From an uncultured Deinococcales bacterium (GTDB lineage: Bacteria > Deinococcota > Deinococci > Deinococcales > JAAFIG01): DNA of 64,000 nucleotides. The translations under genes and the position numbers were made by a program. Position 1 is the stretch's first letter; each line of letters opens with the position of its first letter. The DNA lies in the NCBI GenBank assembly GCA_964247135.1, contig CAXTTL010000001.1:51557-115556 (forward strand), given 5' to 3'. The notes under the pieces are model-generated. The model worked only from the letters and a program-made list of their open reading frames with translations, did not search any database and was not told where the DNA came from. Positions 10,866-20,336 of the stretch are shown one piece after another.

Positions 10866-11082
10866 CCTTTCACTAAACGAAGTTCCACCGTTCGGTGTAG
10901 CCTCGAGTGAAGCAGTTGTCAAAACCAAAAACCAAGCCACTGTCAGCAGATGACGAAGTTCTCGAGTATTGATCTCCCCTGGGAGAGCGTGCGCGGGAAT
11001 TTAAGCGATTTTTACCAATCTTGATCGTTTTCAGTGCCAGCAGCAATCACCGTCTTCAGCGCAGTATTGGGAGGTCACACCA

Positions 11083-11952
11083 ATGCCCGTCGTGCAACTG
11101 AACGGAACAGCTATTTTTTACCTTCGCCGTGGTCATGGACTGCCCTGCCTGGTCATGCACGGTGGACTGGGTTGCGACCACACGTACATGCACCCCTGGA
11201 TGGATGCGCTGGGCGACACCTTCGAGCTGATCTATTTTGACCACCGAGGCAACGGGCGCTCGGGTCGCCCAACCCTCGAGACGCTCAACTTTGAACAATT
11301 TGCCGCCGATGCGGACGCGCTCCGTGCCCATCTGGGGTTTGAGCAGGTTGCTGTGCTGGGCAGTTCTTACGGCGGTTTTATTGCCCAAGAATACGCCATC
11401 CGCTATCCAAACCGTGTGTCTCACGCTTTTTTGATGGACACCGCGCCGGTTTTTGATTATGCCAATGAGGTCAAAATGCACGCCACCCGCAAAGGCGCAA
11501 CGCCAGAGATGCTCGAGATTTTGGATTCACTCGAACCAAAGTCAGATGAAGACTTTGCCAAGATGATGGATAAGCTGGGACCGTTGTACTACTACAACTT
11601 TGACCCTGAGCTGGCGGCTCGAGCGATGGGTGCGACGATTTACTGCGCGTCTGCCGCCAAACGCGGTTTTGAGCTGCTCAAGGGTTGGGACACGCGTTCA
11701 CGCTTGGCGCAAATTTCCGCGCCGACGCTGGTGCTGGTTGGGCGCGACGATTACATCACCCCGCCGAACAAATCAGCCGATATCCAGGCAAGGATTCCAG
11801 GCGCGGAACTGAAAATTTTCGAGCGCTCGGGTCACATGCCCCACCTCGAGGAACCCGAAGCGTTTTTTGCCACCATCCGCGATTTTGTTCGGCGGACAAA
11901 GACGGCAAATCAGCAGCAAAATACCCGAGGAGGTGAGCCAACCAGAGCGTGA
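11083..11952 (+). CDS. Alpha/beta hydrolase (proline iminopeptidase-like)
   Basis: HGGLG oxyanion motif, DHRGNGRS, GSSYGG nucleophile elbow, GRDD, SGHMPH. Confidence 0.9.
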   Translation: MPVVQLNGTAIFYLRRGHGLPCLVMHGGLGCDHTYMHPWMDALGDTFELIYFDHRGNGRSGRPTLETLNFEQFAADADALRAHLGFEQVAVLGSSYGGFIAQEYAIRYPNRVSHAFLMDTAPVFDYANEVKMHATRKGATPEMLEILDSLEPKSDEDFAKMMDKLGPLYYYNFDPELAARAMGATIYCASAAKRGFELLKGWDTRSRLAQISAPTLVLVGRDDYITPPNKSADIQARIPGAELKIFERSGHMPHLEEPEAFFATIRDFVRRTKTANQQQNTRGGEPTRA

Positions 11953-11992
11953 CGTTGACGGCAACGAACGGATTGTTTCTTAAAGGGGGTCA

Positions 11993-13513
11993 GTGATGAA
12001 AACGATGGCAAAGTGGTTTGGTTGGGGTATTGCACTGGGCACATTGGCGCTCGGCATGGTCTTGGCACAGACCAAGGGCGGCAGCTTGACCGTGGCGCAA
12101 CAGGCGGATGTGGTCGGACTTGACCCGCACACGGTCTCGGCATACTCGAGCGCGGTGGTGGATGAGCAGATTTACGATTCGCTCCTGGCGATCACCCCCA
12201 AAGGCGATGTCACGGCGTCGATTGCCCAGAAGTGGGCGGTGTCCAAAGACGGGTTGAAATACACCTTCAACCTTCGCAAGAACGTCAAATTCAGTGACGG
12301 GAAACCCCTGACCTCCAAAGATGTCGTCTACTCGCTCATGCGCGTCATCGACCCAAAGACTGCCAGCCCGCGCGAGAACGATCTGGGCAAGGTCAAGTCC
12401 ATCACGGCACCCGATACGTACACCGTTGTCATCAGCCTCGAGCAAACCTTTGCGCCGTTTTTAACCAAAATCGGCGGCACCCTGATGGGGATCATGCCCG
12501 ATGGTTACGCCGAAAAGAACGACCCGAACAAAGTCCCGCTCGGCTCTGGTCCGTTCATGTTTGTCAGTTGGACGCCAGACGACAACGTGACCCTCAAACG
12601 CAACCCCTATTACTGGGAGGCGGGCAAGCCCTACCTCGATACCTTGATCTTCAAACCGCTCAAAGACGACACGGCACGCATCACCAACGTCGAGACGGGC
12701 AATGTTGATTTGATCATGAGCGTCCCACAAAACGAGGTTGACCGCCTCGAGACTTCAAGCACCGTAAAGCTCTCGGGTGGACCTGGCACCTGGTACGACT
12801 ACCTTGGACTGAATCAATCAAAAGCGCCGTTCAACAACATCAAGGTTCGCCAAGCCTTGTCTTATGCGGTCAACCGCGATCAGATTGTCAAAACCGCCAT
12901 TTTTGGCAAGGGCACGGTCATCAACTGCGGTCCGATCCCACCCAAGAGCTGGGCGTTTGCCTCCTGCAAAGAACAGATCACCAACCTCGAGAAAGCCAAA
13001 AAACTGCTCGCCGAGGCGGGCTTGGCTGGCGGTTTCAAAATGACCATCAAGGTTGGCGCAGATTACAAGTCGCAGGTCAACATCGCCCAGGTCATTCAAG
13101 CCCAACTCAAACCGCTCAAGATTGACATCACGGTCGCCCCGATGGAGTGGGGTGCATTCCTGGATGATGTCGTGACCAAAGGAAATTTTGATGCCGTGAT
13201 CCTGGGTTGGATTGGCGCGGTTGACCCAGATGACTTTTTGTATTATCAGTTCCGCACGGGTGAAAAATTCAATTTCTACAAGTTCTCGGACAAAGAGGTC
13301 GACAGCCTGCTCGACCAGGCACGCACCTCGGTGGATCGCGGCACAAGGCAAGTGCTTTACCGCAAGGTGCAACGCCTGCTCGCCGAGAAAGCCGCCTATG
13401 TTTTCTTGCACATCAACGAGCAATACGAGGCGTTCGGACCCCAGGTGCAAGGCTATGTTCACTATGCAACCGGTTCGATGGAATCTTTGAAGGATGTCTG
13501 GCTAAAGAACTGA
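11993..13513 (+). CDS. Family 5 ABC substrate-binding protein
   Basis: Signal peptide, LDPH, YTFNLRKNVKFSDG, GSGPF, KVRQALSYAVNR. Confidence 0.93.
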   Translation: MMKTMAKWFGWGIALGTLALGMVLAQTKGGSLTVAQQADVVGLDPHTVSAYSSAVVDEQIYDSLLAITPKGDVTASIAQKWAVSKDGLKYTFNLRKNVKFSDGKPLTSKDVVYSLMRVIDPKTASPRENDLGKVKSITAPDTYTVVISLEQTFAPFLTKIGGTLMGIMPDGYAEKNDPNKVPLGSGPFMFVSWTPDDNVTLKRNPYYWEAGKPYLDTLIFKPLKDDTARITNVETGNVDLIMSVPQNEVDRLETSSTVKLSGGPGTWYDYLGLNQSKAPFNNIKVRQALSYAVNRDQIVKTAIFGKGTVINCGPIPPKSWAFASCKEQITNLEKAKKLLAEAGLAGGFKMTIKVGADYKSQVNIAQVIQAQLKPLKIDITVAPMEWGAFLDDVVTKGNFDAVILGWIGAVDPDDFLYYQFRTGEKFNFYKFSDKEVDSLLDQARTSVDRGTRQVLYRKVQRLLAEKAAYVFLHINEQYEAFGPQVQGYVHYATGSMESLKDVWLKN

Positions 13514-13553
13514 ACAATCCATAACACTCGAGCACGATGAAGAAAGACCTGAC

Positions 13554-14498
13554 ATGCTGATCTACACCTTCAAGCGCCTGCTCGCGGTGGTTCCCATCTT
13601 GTTGGGAATCACCGCCGTGTCATACATCCTCACCCGCACCATCCCTGGCGATCTGGTGGCGGTGATGCTCGGCACCAACACCGACCCCGAAATCGCGGCA
13701 CAACTGCGTCACAAGCTCAACCTCGACCGACCGATCCTCGAGGGTTATGTGGTCTGGTTGGGTCAGTTGCTGCGCGGCAACCTCGGCGAGTCCTTGCGCT
13801 CGGGCAGACCCATCGCCGAGGACATGGGCACCCGCTACGGGCGAACGGCGCAACTGACCCTTGCCGCCATGACATTGGCACTAATGCTTGCGATTCCGCT
13901 CGGGATTCTGGCGGCGCTGCGCCGAAACCGAACAGTTGACCAAACCATCTCGAGCATCGCGCTGTTGGGCGTTTCCACCCCCGATTTCTGGCTGGCGTTT
14001 TTGCTGATTCTGATCTTCGCCGTCTGGTTGCGCTGGCTGCCACCCGCCGGCTATGCCATGCCGCTCGAGAAACCCTGGTTGTTTTTAAGGTTACTGCTGC
14101 TGCCCGCCCTGACGCTTGGCTTTCAAGTGACGGGCATCCTGACGCGCTTCACCCGTTCAGCCATGCTCGAGGTGCTCTCGCAAGATTTTATTCGCACGGC
14201 ACGCAGCAAAGGGGTGGGGCAACGCGCCGTGATGTACAAGCACGCCTTGCGCAATGCGCTCGTGCCAATCACCACCGTGATCGGTCTGAACATTGGTTTT
14301 TTGCTGGGCGGCACGGTGATCGTCGAAACCATTTTTGGCTGGCCCGGCGTCGGCAGCCTGGCGGTCACCGCCATCAACCAGCGCGATTATCCGGTGGTGC
14401 AAGCCACCGTGATGCTGTTTGCGTTTACTTTTGTGATCGTGAATTTAATCGTGGATGTGCTGTACGGCGTGATTGACCCAAGGATTCGCTATGGATGA
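13554..14498 (+). CDS. Peptide/nickel ABC permease (DppB-like)
   Basis: IPGD, RTARSKG..KHALRNAL, FGWPGVG, RDYPVVQ, DPRIR. Confidence 0.93.
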   Translation: MLIYTFKRLLAVVPILLGITAVSYILTRTIPGDLVAVMLGTNTDPEIAAQLRHKLNLDRPILEGYVVWLGQLLRGNLGESLRSGRPIAEDMGTRYGRTAQLTLAAMTLALMLAIPLGILAALRRNRTVDQTISSIALLGVSTPDFWLAFLLILIFAVWLRWLPPAGYAMPLEKPWLFLRLLLLPALTLGFQVTGILTRFTRSAMLEVLSQDFIRTARSKGVGQRAVMYKHALRNALVPITTVIGLNIGFLLGGTVIVETIFGWPGVGSLAVTAINQRDYPVVQATVMLFAFTFVIVNLIVDVLYGVIDPRIRYG

Positions 14499-15414
14499 AC
14501 CCGCAACCTCAAACCCAGTCTCAACCAATCGCGGCTTGGCGCTGACCTCCACCTCTTCAAAACCAGACTCCAGCCCAAGCAGCCCCTCGAGCAAACGACC
14601 ACGGCTGCTGCGACAACGCTCGTTTTTGCTGGGCATCTTGCTGATCGGCGCGATGGCGCTCTGTGCCGTTCTTGCGCCCTGGATTTCGCCACACGATCCG
14701 GTCGAGCAGAACTTTGACAGCACCTTGCAAGCGCCAAGCGTGCAATTCCTGCTTGGCACGGACATGTTCGGACGCGATCAACTCTCGCGGATCATCTTTG
14801 GTGCGAGAATCTCGTTCATGGTCGGCTTGATCTCGGTGGGCATCGCCCTCCTGGCGGGCGGCTTGCTTGGCTTGCTCGCCGCCTACGCTCGAGGTTGGCT
14901 GGATAACCTGATCATGCGCGTGATGGACGTGCTGCTGGCGTTTCCGTTCTTGTTGTTGACCATTGCGATCATGGCTTCATTTGGCACCAACCTGGTCAAT
15001 GCCATGATCGCCATCGGCATCGTTTACACCCCCAGTTTTGCCCGCATCACCCGCGCCGCAACCTTGGGCGTGATGGAGCAAGGTTTTATTGAGGCGAGCC
15101 AGGCGCTAGGCTCGAGTCCCATACGGGTGATGCTGCGACACGTGCTGCCCAACATCACCGGACCGCTGATCGTCCAGACCACGCTCTCGCTGGCTTTTGC
15201 GATTCTTGCCGAGGCGGCACTCTCGTTTTTGGGTTTGGGCACGCAACCACCCACGCCGTCCTGGGGTTTGATGCTCAACGAGGGACGCAGTTTCTTCAAC
15301 ACCGCCCCGTGGTTGGCAATTTTCCCTGGGGTGGCGATCACCTTGGCGGTGCTGGGCTTCAACCTGCTCGGCGATGGTCTGCGCGATGCCCTCGACCCAC
15401 GATTGCGCGATTAA
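14491..15414 (+). CDS. Peptide/nickel ABC permease (DppC-like)
   Basis: LGTDMFGRD, EASQALG..RHVLPN, PPTPSWG, GDGLRDALDP. Confidence 0.93.
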   Translation: MDEPATSNPVSTNRGLALTSTSSKPDSSPSSPSSKRPRLLRQRSFLLGILLIGAMALCAVLAPWISPHDPVEQNFDSTLQAPSVQFLLGTDMFGRDQLSRIIFGARISFMVGLISVGIALLAGGLLGLLAAYARGWLDNLIMRVMDVLLAFPFLLLTIAIMASFGTNLVNAMIAIGIVYTPSFARITRAATLGVMEQGFIEASQALGSSPIRVMLRHVLPNITGPLIVQTTLSLAFAILAEAALSFLGLGTQPPTPSWGLMLNEGRSFFNTAPWLAIFPGVAITLAVLGFNLLGDGLRDALDPRLRD

Positions 15415-15458
15415 ATCAGACTCGAGCGCCGTCACTCAACCCAAATCAAGGAGAAGCC

Positions 15459-16940
15459 ATGTGCGCCAAAAAAACCGCAACCCCAACCAAATTCTCGGTG
15501 CTCGAGGCAACTTTTGATGATCTGCAAAACGCGATGGCATCGGGTCAAATCAGCTCAAAGCAACTCACCCAAATCTACCTCGAGCGCATTGAGGCGTATG
15601 ACCGAAGCGGTCTAAAGTTAAACAGCGTGATCGAAACCAACCCAGACGCCTTAAAAATCGCCGAGGCGCTCGACCTCGAGCGTCGCAGTCAAGGTTCACG
15701 CGGTCCACTTCATGGCGTGCCAATGCTGCTCAAGGACAACCTTGACACCCATGACAGAATGCACACCAGCGCAGGCTCCCTGGCGATGGCAAAATCCATC
15801 GCGCCCCTAGACTCGACCGTCGCCGCACGGCTGCGGGCGGCTGGCGTAGTGCTGCTGGGCAAAGCCAACATGACCGAATGGGCGAACTTCATGACCGTCG
15901 GCATGAGCAACGGTTACAGTTCACGTGGCGGTCAGGGCATCAACCCCTACAAACCAGGCTTGGACACGGGCGGCTCGAGTTCGGGTTCGGGCATTGCCAC
16001 CGCCGCCAACCTCTGCGCAGCAGCCATCGGCACGGAGACCTCGGGTTCGATTCTCAGTCCGGCGAATCAAAACAGTTTGGTGGGCATCAAACCAACGGTT
16101 GGGCTGGTCTCGAGGGCTGGGGTGATTCCCGTCTCGAGCACCCAGGACACCCCTGGACCAATGACCCGAACGGTGCGCGACGCGGCGATGTTGCTCTCCG
16201 CGATTGCCGCCAAAGACCGACGCGACCCAGCCACACGGAGCGCCAAACCTGCCCAAGATTACACTGCCTTTCTTGACCCGAACGGCTTGAAAGGGGCACG
16301 GATTGGTGTACCTCGAGCGGTCTACTGGGAGATGCTCTCGCCCGAGCAGGCACAGATTGTTGAAGATGCGTTACAACGCATTCGAGGTTGCGGCGCAACC
16401 ATCGTTGACCCTGCCGAAATTCAGACTGCGCAGGAATTGACAGGCTTCAACTTCGAGGTGTTGTTGTATGATTTCAAGCGCGATATCAACCGCTATTTCA
16501 AAACGCTCGGTTCAAACGCGCCGATCAAAAACCTCAAAGAATTGATCGCCTACAACGAGCAACGCCCCGAAAAGATGCTGCGATACGGGCAGTTGATCCT
16601 TCAAGCCGCCCAGTCCACCGGCGGCAAGCTCGAGGAAGCCATCTATGCCTATCGCCGCGCCGAGGATTTGCGGCTCTCGCAACGTTTGGGGATTGATGCG
16701 ACCATCAAAAAACATCGCCTTGATGCTTTGCTGTTTCCAATCTACTCGGGTTATGGCATCGCGGCGCGACCTGGTTATCCAAGCATCATTGTTCCGGCGG
16801 GCTACACCGCCGATAACACGCCCGTGGGTGTGACCTTCACCGCCAGGGCTTGGCAAGAACCCATGCTGATTCGCTTTGCTTATGCCTTTGAGCAAGCCAG
16901 TCAGGCACGCCGTCCACCAGACCTCACGCCAGCTCTTTGA
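15459..16940 (+). CDS. Amidase signature family enzyme
   Basis: GPLHGVPMLLKDN, GGSSSGS and IGTETSGSILSP (Ser-cisSer-Lys triad). ATG after AGGAG. Confidence 0.93.
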   Translation: MCAKKTATPTKFSVLEATFDDLQNAMASGQISSKQLTQIYLERIEAYDRSGLKLNSVIETNPDALKIAEALDLERRSQGSRGPLHGVPMLLKDNLDTHDRMHTSAGSLAMAKSIAPLDSTVAARLRAAGVVLLGKANMTEWANFMTVGMSNGYSSRGGQGINPYKPGLDTGGSSSGSGIATAANLCAAAIGTETSGSILSPANQNSLVGIKPTVGLVSRAGVIPVSSTQDTPGPMTRTVRDAAMLLSAIAAKDRRDPATRSAKPAQDYTAFLDPNGLKGARIGVPRAVYWEMLSPEQAQIVEDALQRIRGCGATIVDPAEIQTAQELTGFNFEVLLYDFKRDINRYFKTLGSNAPIKNLKELIAYNEQRPEKMLRYGQLILQAAQSTGGKLEEAIYAYRRAEDLRLSQRLGIDATIKKHRLDALLFPIYSGYGIAARPGYPSIIVPAGYTADNTPVGVTFTARAWQEPMLIRFAYAFEQASQARRPPDLTPAL

Positions 16941-17109
16941 AAACCAAATTGCTCAGCATGACTCAACCCAAGAGATAAAAAATTCAGCGAGAAAATTCTC
17001 AATCCGTGGCAACCAACCCGAGCTGCATTCGATGACGTGATTCTGGAGGCTGTTCAAGCCCCAATGTTGCTCGAGTGCTTGCAGGTCAAAATCCTTTTGC
17101 CTCAAACTG

Positions 17110-17574
17110 TTATGGCTCGAGATACCCGCTCGAGAGTGTCAAGCTTCGTTGGTGCTGGGCTGCCTGTTCAAGGATGCTTTGTTGTTGGTCGCGTTTGGCA
17201 CGGTAAAAACCTAAACCTGTTTCAATTTGCTTGGCTTTTGAATCACTTGCCAAGCCAAACGTCAAACAACCAAATAAATTCTCCAAGGCTCGAGCACGTT
17301 TGTCTTTGGCGTTTTTGTATCTGACACGACGCTCGATCACTTCAGTCGTTACCATCTCGAGCAACTGCGCATCGGTTTTGATCGCCAGATCAAACTTTGG
17401 CACGCCCACACCGTGCATCGAAACCCAGACATCCATTGGAATTTGTACCATTACCGATTGCCGACTGACCTCAAATTCGGCGTGGTCAAGCTCGAGATAG
17501 ACGTTGGCATCGTCAAATGCCTCGAGGTAAAAGTGAAAGTGATTGCCGTGGCTGAGGGTGGCTTTGGTACTCAT
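17110..17574 (-). CDS. Hypothetical protein
   Basis: 154-aa ORF starting MSTKATL, with a TAAGCT -10 box 7 nt before the ATG (leaderless pattern). No family recognised. Confidence 0.6.
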   Translation of the reverse strand: MSTKATLSHGNHFHFYLEAFDDANVYLELDHAEFEVSRQSVMVQIPMDVWVSMHGVGVPKFDLAIKTDAQLLEMVTTEVIERRVRYKNAKDKRARALENLFGCLTFGLASDSKAKQIETGLGFYRAKRDQQQSILEQAAQHQRSLTLSSGYLEP

Positions 17575-17690
17575 CAGCTCGAGCTTACAAATTTGTGCAC
17601 GATGTTGCGTTTGCCATACGGCGTACAACGGGTACGCAAAATGGTGGATGCCAACAAACCACGAGGTATCATTGTGGTTGGGTAAAATCA

Positions 17691-18710
17691 ATGCAGGATT
17701 TAGAACGCAAAATCGAATTGCTTGGTGGCTCGGTGGTCATTGGTCGCCATCCCAATGGTGCTATCGGTATGTTGCAACTGTTGTTGCAAAGCTGGAATCT
17801 CAAGCAGATCCTCGAGCTTGCCGATCAAACCCAGTGGCAGTTGGCATTGAAGCAACTCGGTGTCCCAGAAGACCAGACCCAACTTGAGGCATGGAGGAAA
17901 CAACAACCAATCCCAGCCTCGAGCAGTTTTGACTTGTTTGAGAGCCAAGCCAGCGATTGGTGGTTGCATCATCAGGTGCTGCAAAAATTGCGGTTTGGCT
18001 TGCTCGAGCTTGAAGGTACTGGATTGATCGAATCGTTTGGTTTTGGCTTTGTGATGCGCTGTGGAAACGATATTTTGATGCCCGATATTTATGTTGGAAA
18101 ACTTGACCCAAGTCGTGTTCATGAATACCATTACAACGGACCCGCCGAACTGATTGTTGAAGTCCTCAAAAGCGATACTCGAGATTATGATGGCAGCGTT
18201 CAACTTGCCATGTACCAGAAGCATCAAGCCGCTGAAATTTGGTTGATAGACCCAACCCAGCAGCAGGTTGAGGTATTCTGCCCTCAAGGAAATGGTTCGT
18301 ACCAAAAACGGGTTGAAACTCGAGTTTTGGAATCCAGTGTGCTGCCGCTGCGTTTAAATGTTGCTGCCTTGTTTGAAATTGAGAACAACAATCCGTTTGA
18401 GAACAACCTCAAGTTGCAGGCTCGAGCGCGTCGTCATGAGCAGAATCCTGAATTGGGTTGGACTTGGCTCAAAGACTTGCCGATTACACCAGAACCGCAA
18501 CAAGTCAGTTTGGATGCGTTTATGACGTTCGTGCCGGAAGTGAAATTCGAGGGTTCAAACGCCAGGCTCGAAGTGGGCGGGGGTGGCTGGAAGACCACCA
18601 GGGACTTGTTGCAATTGCTGATGTATCATCTTGGTTTGAAACGAACTTTATCGCTTCTTCCCATGCCAGACTGGGTTGCTGTGCTGGCAACCCGTCGCTC
18701 GAGGGACTGA
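17691..18710 (+). CDS. Uma2/DUF820 family PD-(D/E)xK endonuclease with terminal extensions
   Basis: LMPDIYV, GPAELIVEVLKSDTRDYD, Y..HQAAEIWLIDP. Confidence 0.8.
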   Translation: MQDLERKIELLGGSVVIGRHPNGAIGMLQLLLQSWNLKQILELADQTQWQLALKQLGVPEDQTQLEAWRKQQPIPASSSFDLFESQASDWWLHHQVLQKLRFGLLELEGTGLIESFGFGFVMRCGNDILMPDIYVGKLDPSRVHEYHYNGPAELIVEVLKSDTRDYDGSVQLAMYQKHQAAEIWLIDPTQQQVEVFCPQGNGSYQKRVETRVLESSVLPLRLNVAALFEIENNNPFENNLKLQARARRHEQNPELGWTWLKDLPITPEPQQVSLDAFMTFVPEVKFEGSNARLEVGGGGWKTTRDLLQLLMYHLGLKRTLSLLPMPDWVAVLATRRSRD

Positions 18711-18864
18711 ATTCCGTGTGCTATTCGTGTGCTATGGCTCAAGACATGTCAGTTAAAAGGTGTACAGCTCACTTACTTTGATTTTAAGGAATGTATCGTT
18801 TTGAATAGCTATTTCTTGAATTGAATAGGACTGACTTACCCTGATGTTTCTCTCTAAAAACCTG

Positions 18865-18909
18865 CTTTTAATCAGTGGGTCGCTGGTTCGAATCCAGCAC
18901 GGGCCACCA
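18865..18909 (+). mobile_element. att-like site: 3' half of tRNA-Lys(TTT), no 5' half
   Basis: CTTTTAA anticodon loop, TCAG, perfect T-arm GCTGG-TTCGAAT-CCAGC, acceptor 3' strand ACGGGCC-A-CCA. No D-arm or acceptor 5' strand upstream. Confidence 0.8.
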
Positions 18910-18923
18910 CAAGAGGTATGTGA

Positions 18924-18958
18924 GAGACGCGGATTTAAAGTCCGCGTCTCTTCGTTTT
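18924..18958 (+). terminator. Intrinsic terminator after the tRNA fragment
   Basis: GAGACGCGGA-loop-TCCGCGTCTC 10-bp perfect stem followed by TTCGTTTT. Confidence 0.75.
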
Positions 18959-19093
18959 ACGCCCTGAAACCCCAAGCTGCGGCTACCCTGACGCTACCAG
19001 CAATCTAAAGGTCTGAATAAAATACATCTCTCGAGAAATTGGCACGGTGCTTTTGCTTGAGAAAACCTCAGATTGCAGTCCTCTTTTGGACGG

Positions 19094-19384
19094 TCAGGTT
19101 ATTGGCTCGTTCTTCACACCCGCCACCAGTTCCTCCAACTCGAGTCTCAACGCTTGAGCAATCATGAACAGCGTCCCAATTCGCGGTTCAACTTTCGCGT
19201 TCTCAATCAATCCCACATGAGCACGTTGAATCCCCACCAAATCCGCAAAATCGTCCTGATTGATGCCTCGAGCCTTACGGAACGTGCGAATGCGTTCTCC
19301 AAGCGCTACCCTGAGCGGGAGTGTGAAGTCATTGCACTTGTGATCGCTTTTGCACTGCATACGATGCCGTGTTTTTTGCAGCAC
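19094..19384 (-). CDS. XRE/Cro-family HTH regulator (true start uncertain, possibly frameshifted)
   Basis: LGERIRTFRKARGINQDDFADLVGIQRAHVGLIENAKVEPRIGTLFMIAQAL is a canonical HTH_3 pattern. The nearest ATG (MTSHSR) is in another frame. Confidence 0.8.
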   Translation of the reverse strand: MLQKTRHRMQCKSDHKCNDFTLPLRVALGERIRTFRKARGINQDDFADLVGIQRAHVGLIENAKVEPRIGTLFMIAQALRLELEELVAGVKNEPIT

Positions 19385-19668
19385 AATCGAAGTTCATCCT
19401 CGAGTTTAGCCCTCGGGTGCCGATCTTCTGGCGGATGTGTTTTACCGAAAGTTTCCCGCCCCTCCCGATTCCAATCCCCGTGCCGATGCCAATGGTTCAT
19501 GCCGCTTCGAGGGTCGATACGCAGTGGTTGAGCGTGCCTGAAGGCTATCCGATTCCTGAGTTGAAAGGCGCGCCACGATTCTAAACGTGAAATAAGCAAA
19601 CAAAGGCTGGGCTGCTAGCGTGATTCAGGCAAATGCAGTCCAGCCATGACATCGTTTTTTAATCGCAA

Positions 19669-20082
19669 TTATGGTGCAACCATTTCAACCATGTCTTCTC
19701 GAGTATCGGTGATGACCAATGGGCAAACATGGCACGCATCCGCACCAGATTGTGAAAACCATCGGCAATCACTGCGAATCGAACAGTTTGGCAAGGTATC
19801 GATCATCGGCAAGACCATTTGCGTTTCACTCGCCATTTCGAGCACATGGTCAATCACACCACAACGCGATCCAGTCCATTGATGACATGCACCCTGAGCA
19901 CATGGGCTGCTGAACCGAAAGCGCTGCTCGGGACGACGACCTTGCCTGGCACGATCCACAAAATCTTGGTCTATCACCAACCGATCCTCGAGAAACCCCA
20001 CGCTTCCATCCTCAAGCACCACACCCAACAAGATTGCTCCTGGGGTGCTGGTGCTGCTTGGGCAGAGGGGCTTGCCGTCCAT
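19669..20082 (-). CDS. Cys-rich hypothetical protein (8 Cys), possible Fe-S/Zn binding
   Basis: CPS..FRFSSPCAQGACHQWTGSRC..LPNCSIRSDCRWF..ACHVCP. Start overlaps the upstream stop (TAATG). Confidence 0.8.
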   Translation of the reverse strand: MDGKPLCPSSTSTPGAILLGVVLEDGSVGFLEDRLVIDQDFVDRARQGRRPEQRFRFSSPCAQGACHQWTGSRCGVIDHVLEMASETQMVLPMIDTLPNCSIRSDCRWFSQSGADACHVCPLVITDTREDMVEMVAP

Positions 20083-20336
20083 TAGCCGCGTGGTCCTGGT
20101 CCAACATGAAGCTGTGGGACGGTAAACCGTGTGCCAAGCTTATCAAGCCAGATGCCCAACCATTCTTTTGGAAAGGCGGGTCTGATTTCGTGGTTCAAAT
20201 CCAGGTGGGCGATTTCACTTAAAACCATTTTTTGAATCCCTGCTGCGATACGCTTTTTCGCGTCGGCGTGCAATTCCACGCCCTCGAATTTGACGATGAA
20301 CTCGGTGCCAGTCAGATCAACTTTTGCCTCTGTCAT
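20082..20336 (-). CDS. Small hypothetical protein (84 aa)
   Basis: GAGGTG RBS. Helical N-terminal half, then PKEWLGIWL. Translationally coupled to the Cys-rich gene. Confidence 0.75.
   Translation of the reverse strand: MTEAKVDLTGTEFIVKFEGVELHADAKKRIAAGIQKMVLSEIAHLDLNHEIRPAFPKEWLGIWLDKLGTRFTVPQLHVGPGPRG

Noticed and set aside
10930-10990. Cobalamin or lysine riboswitch (GCCACTG..GAAG, CTGTCA..TGAC)
   Set aside because: The other conserved elements, such as the B12 box and the AGAGG/GCCGAA core, are missing.
18830-18909. Intact tRNA-Lys gene
   Set aside because: No acceptor 5' strand or D-arm upstream, and the anticodon stem does not pair properly. Treated as an att fragment.
19306-19599. 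ImuB-C/DUF6504-like remnant
   Set aside because: Only a vague HWxxxGxW resemblance, too weak to call without a search.
19669-20082. Nitrogen fixation protein or radical SAM enzyme
   Set aside because: No nif context and no CxxxCxxC motif or TIM-barrel-sized domain. The label I recall for similar proteins is unsupported by this sequence.
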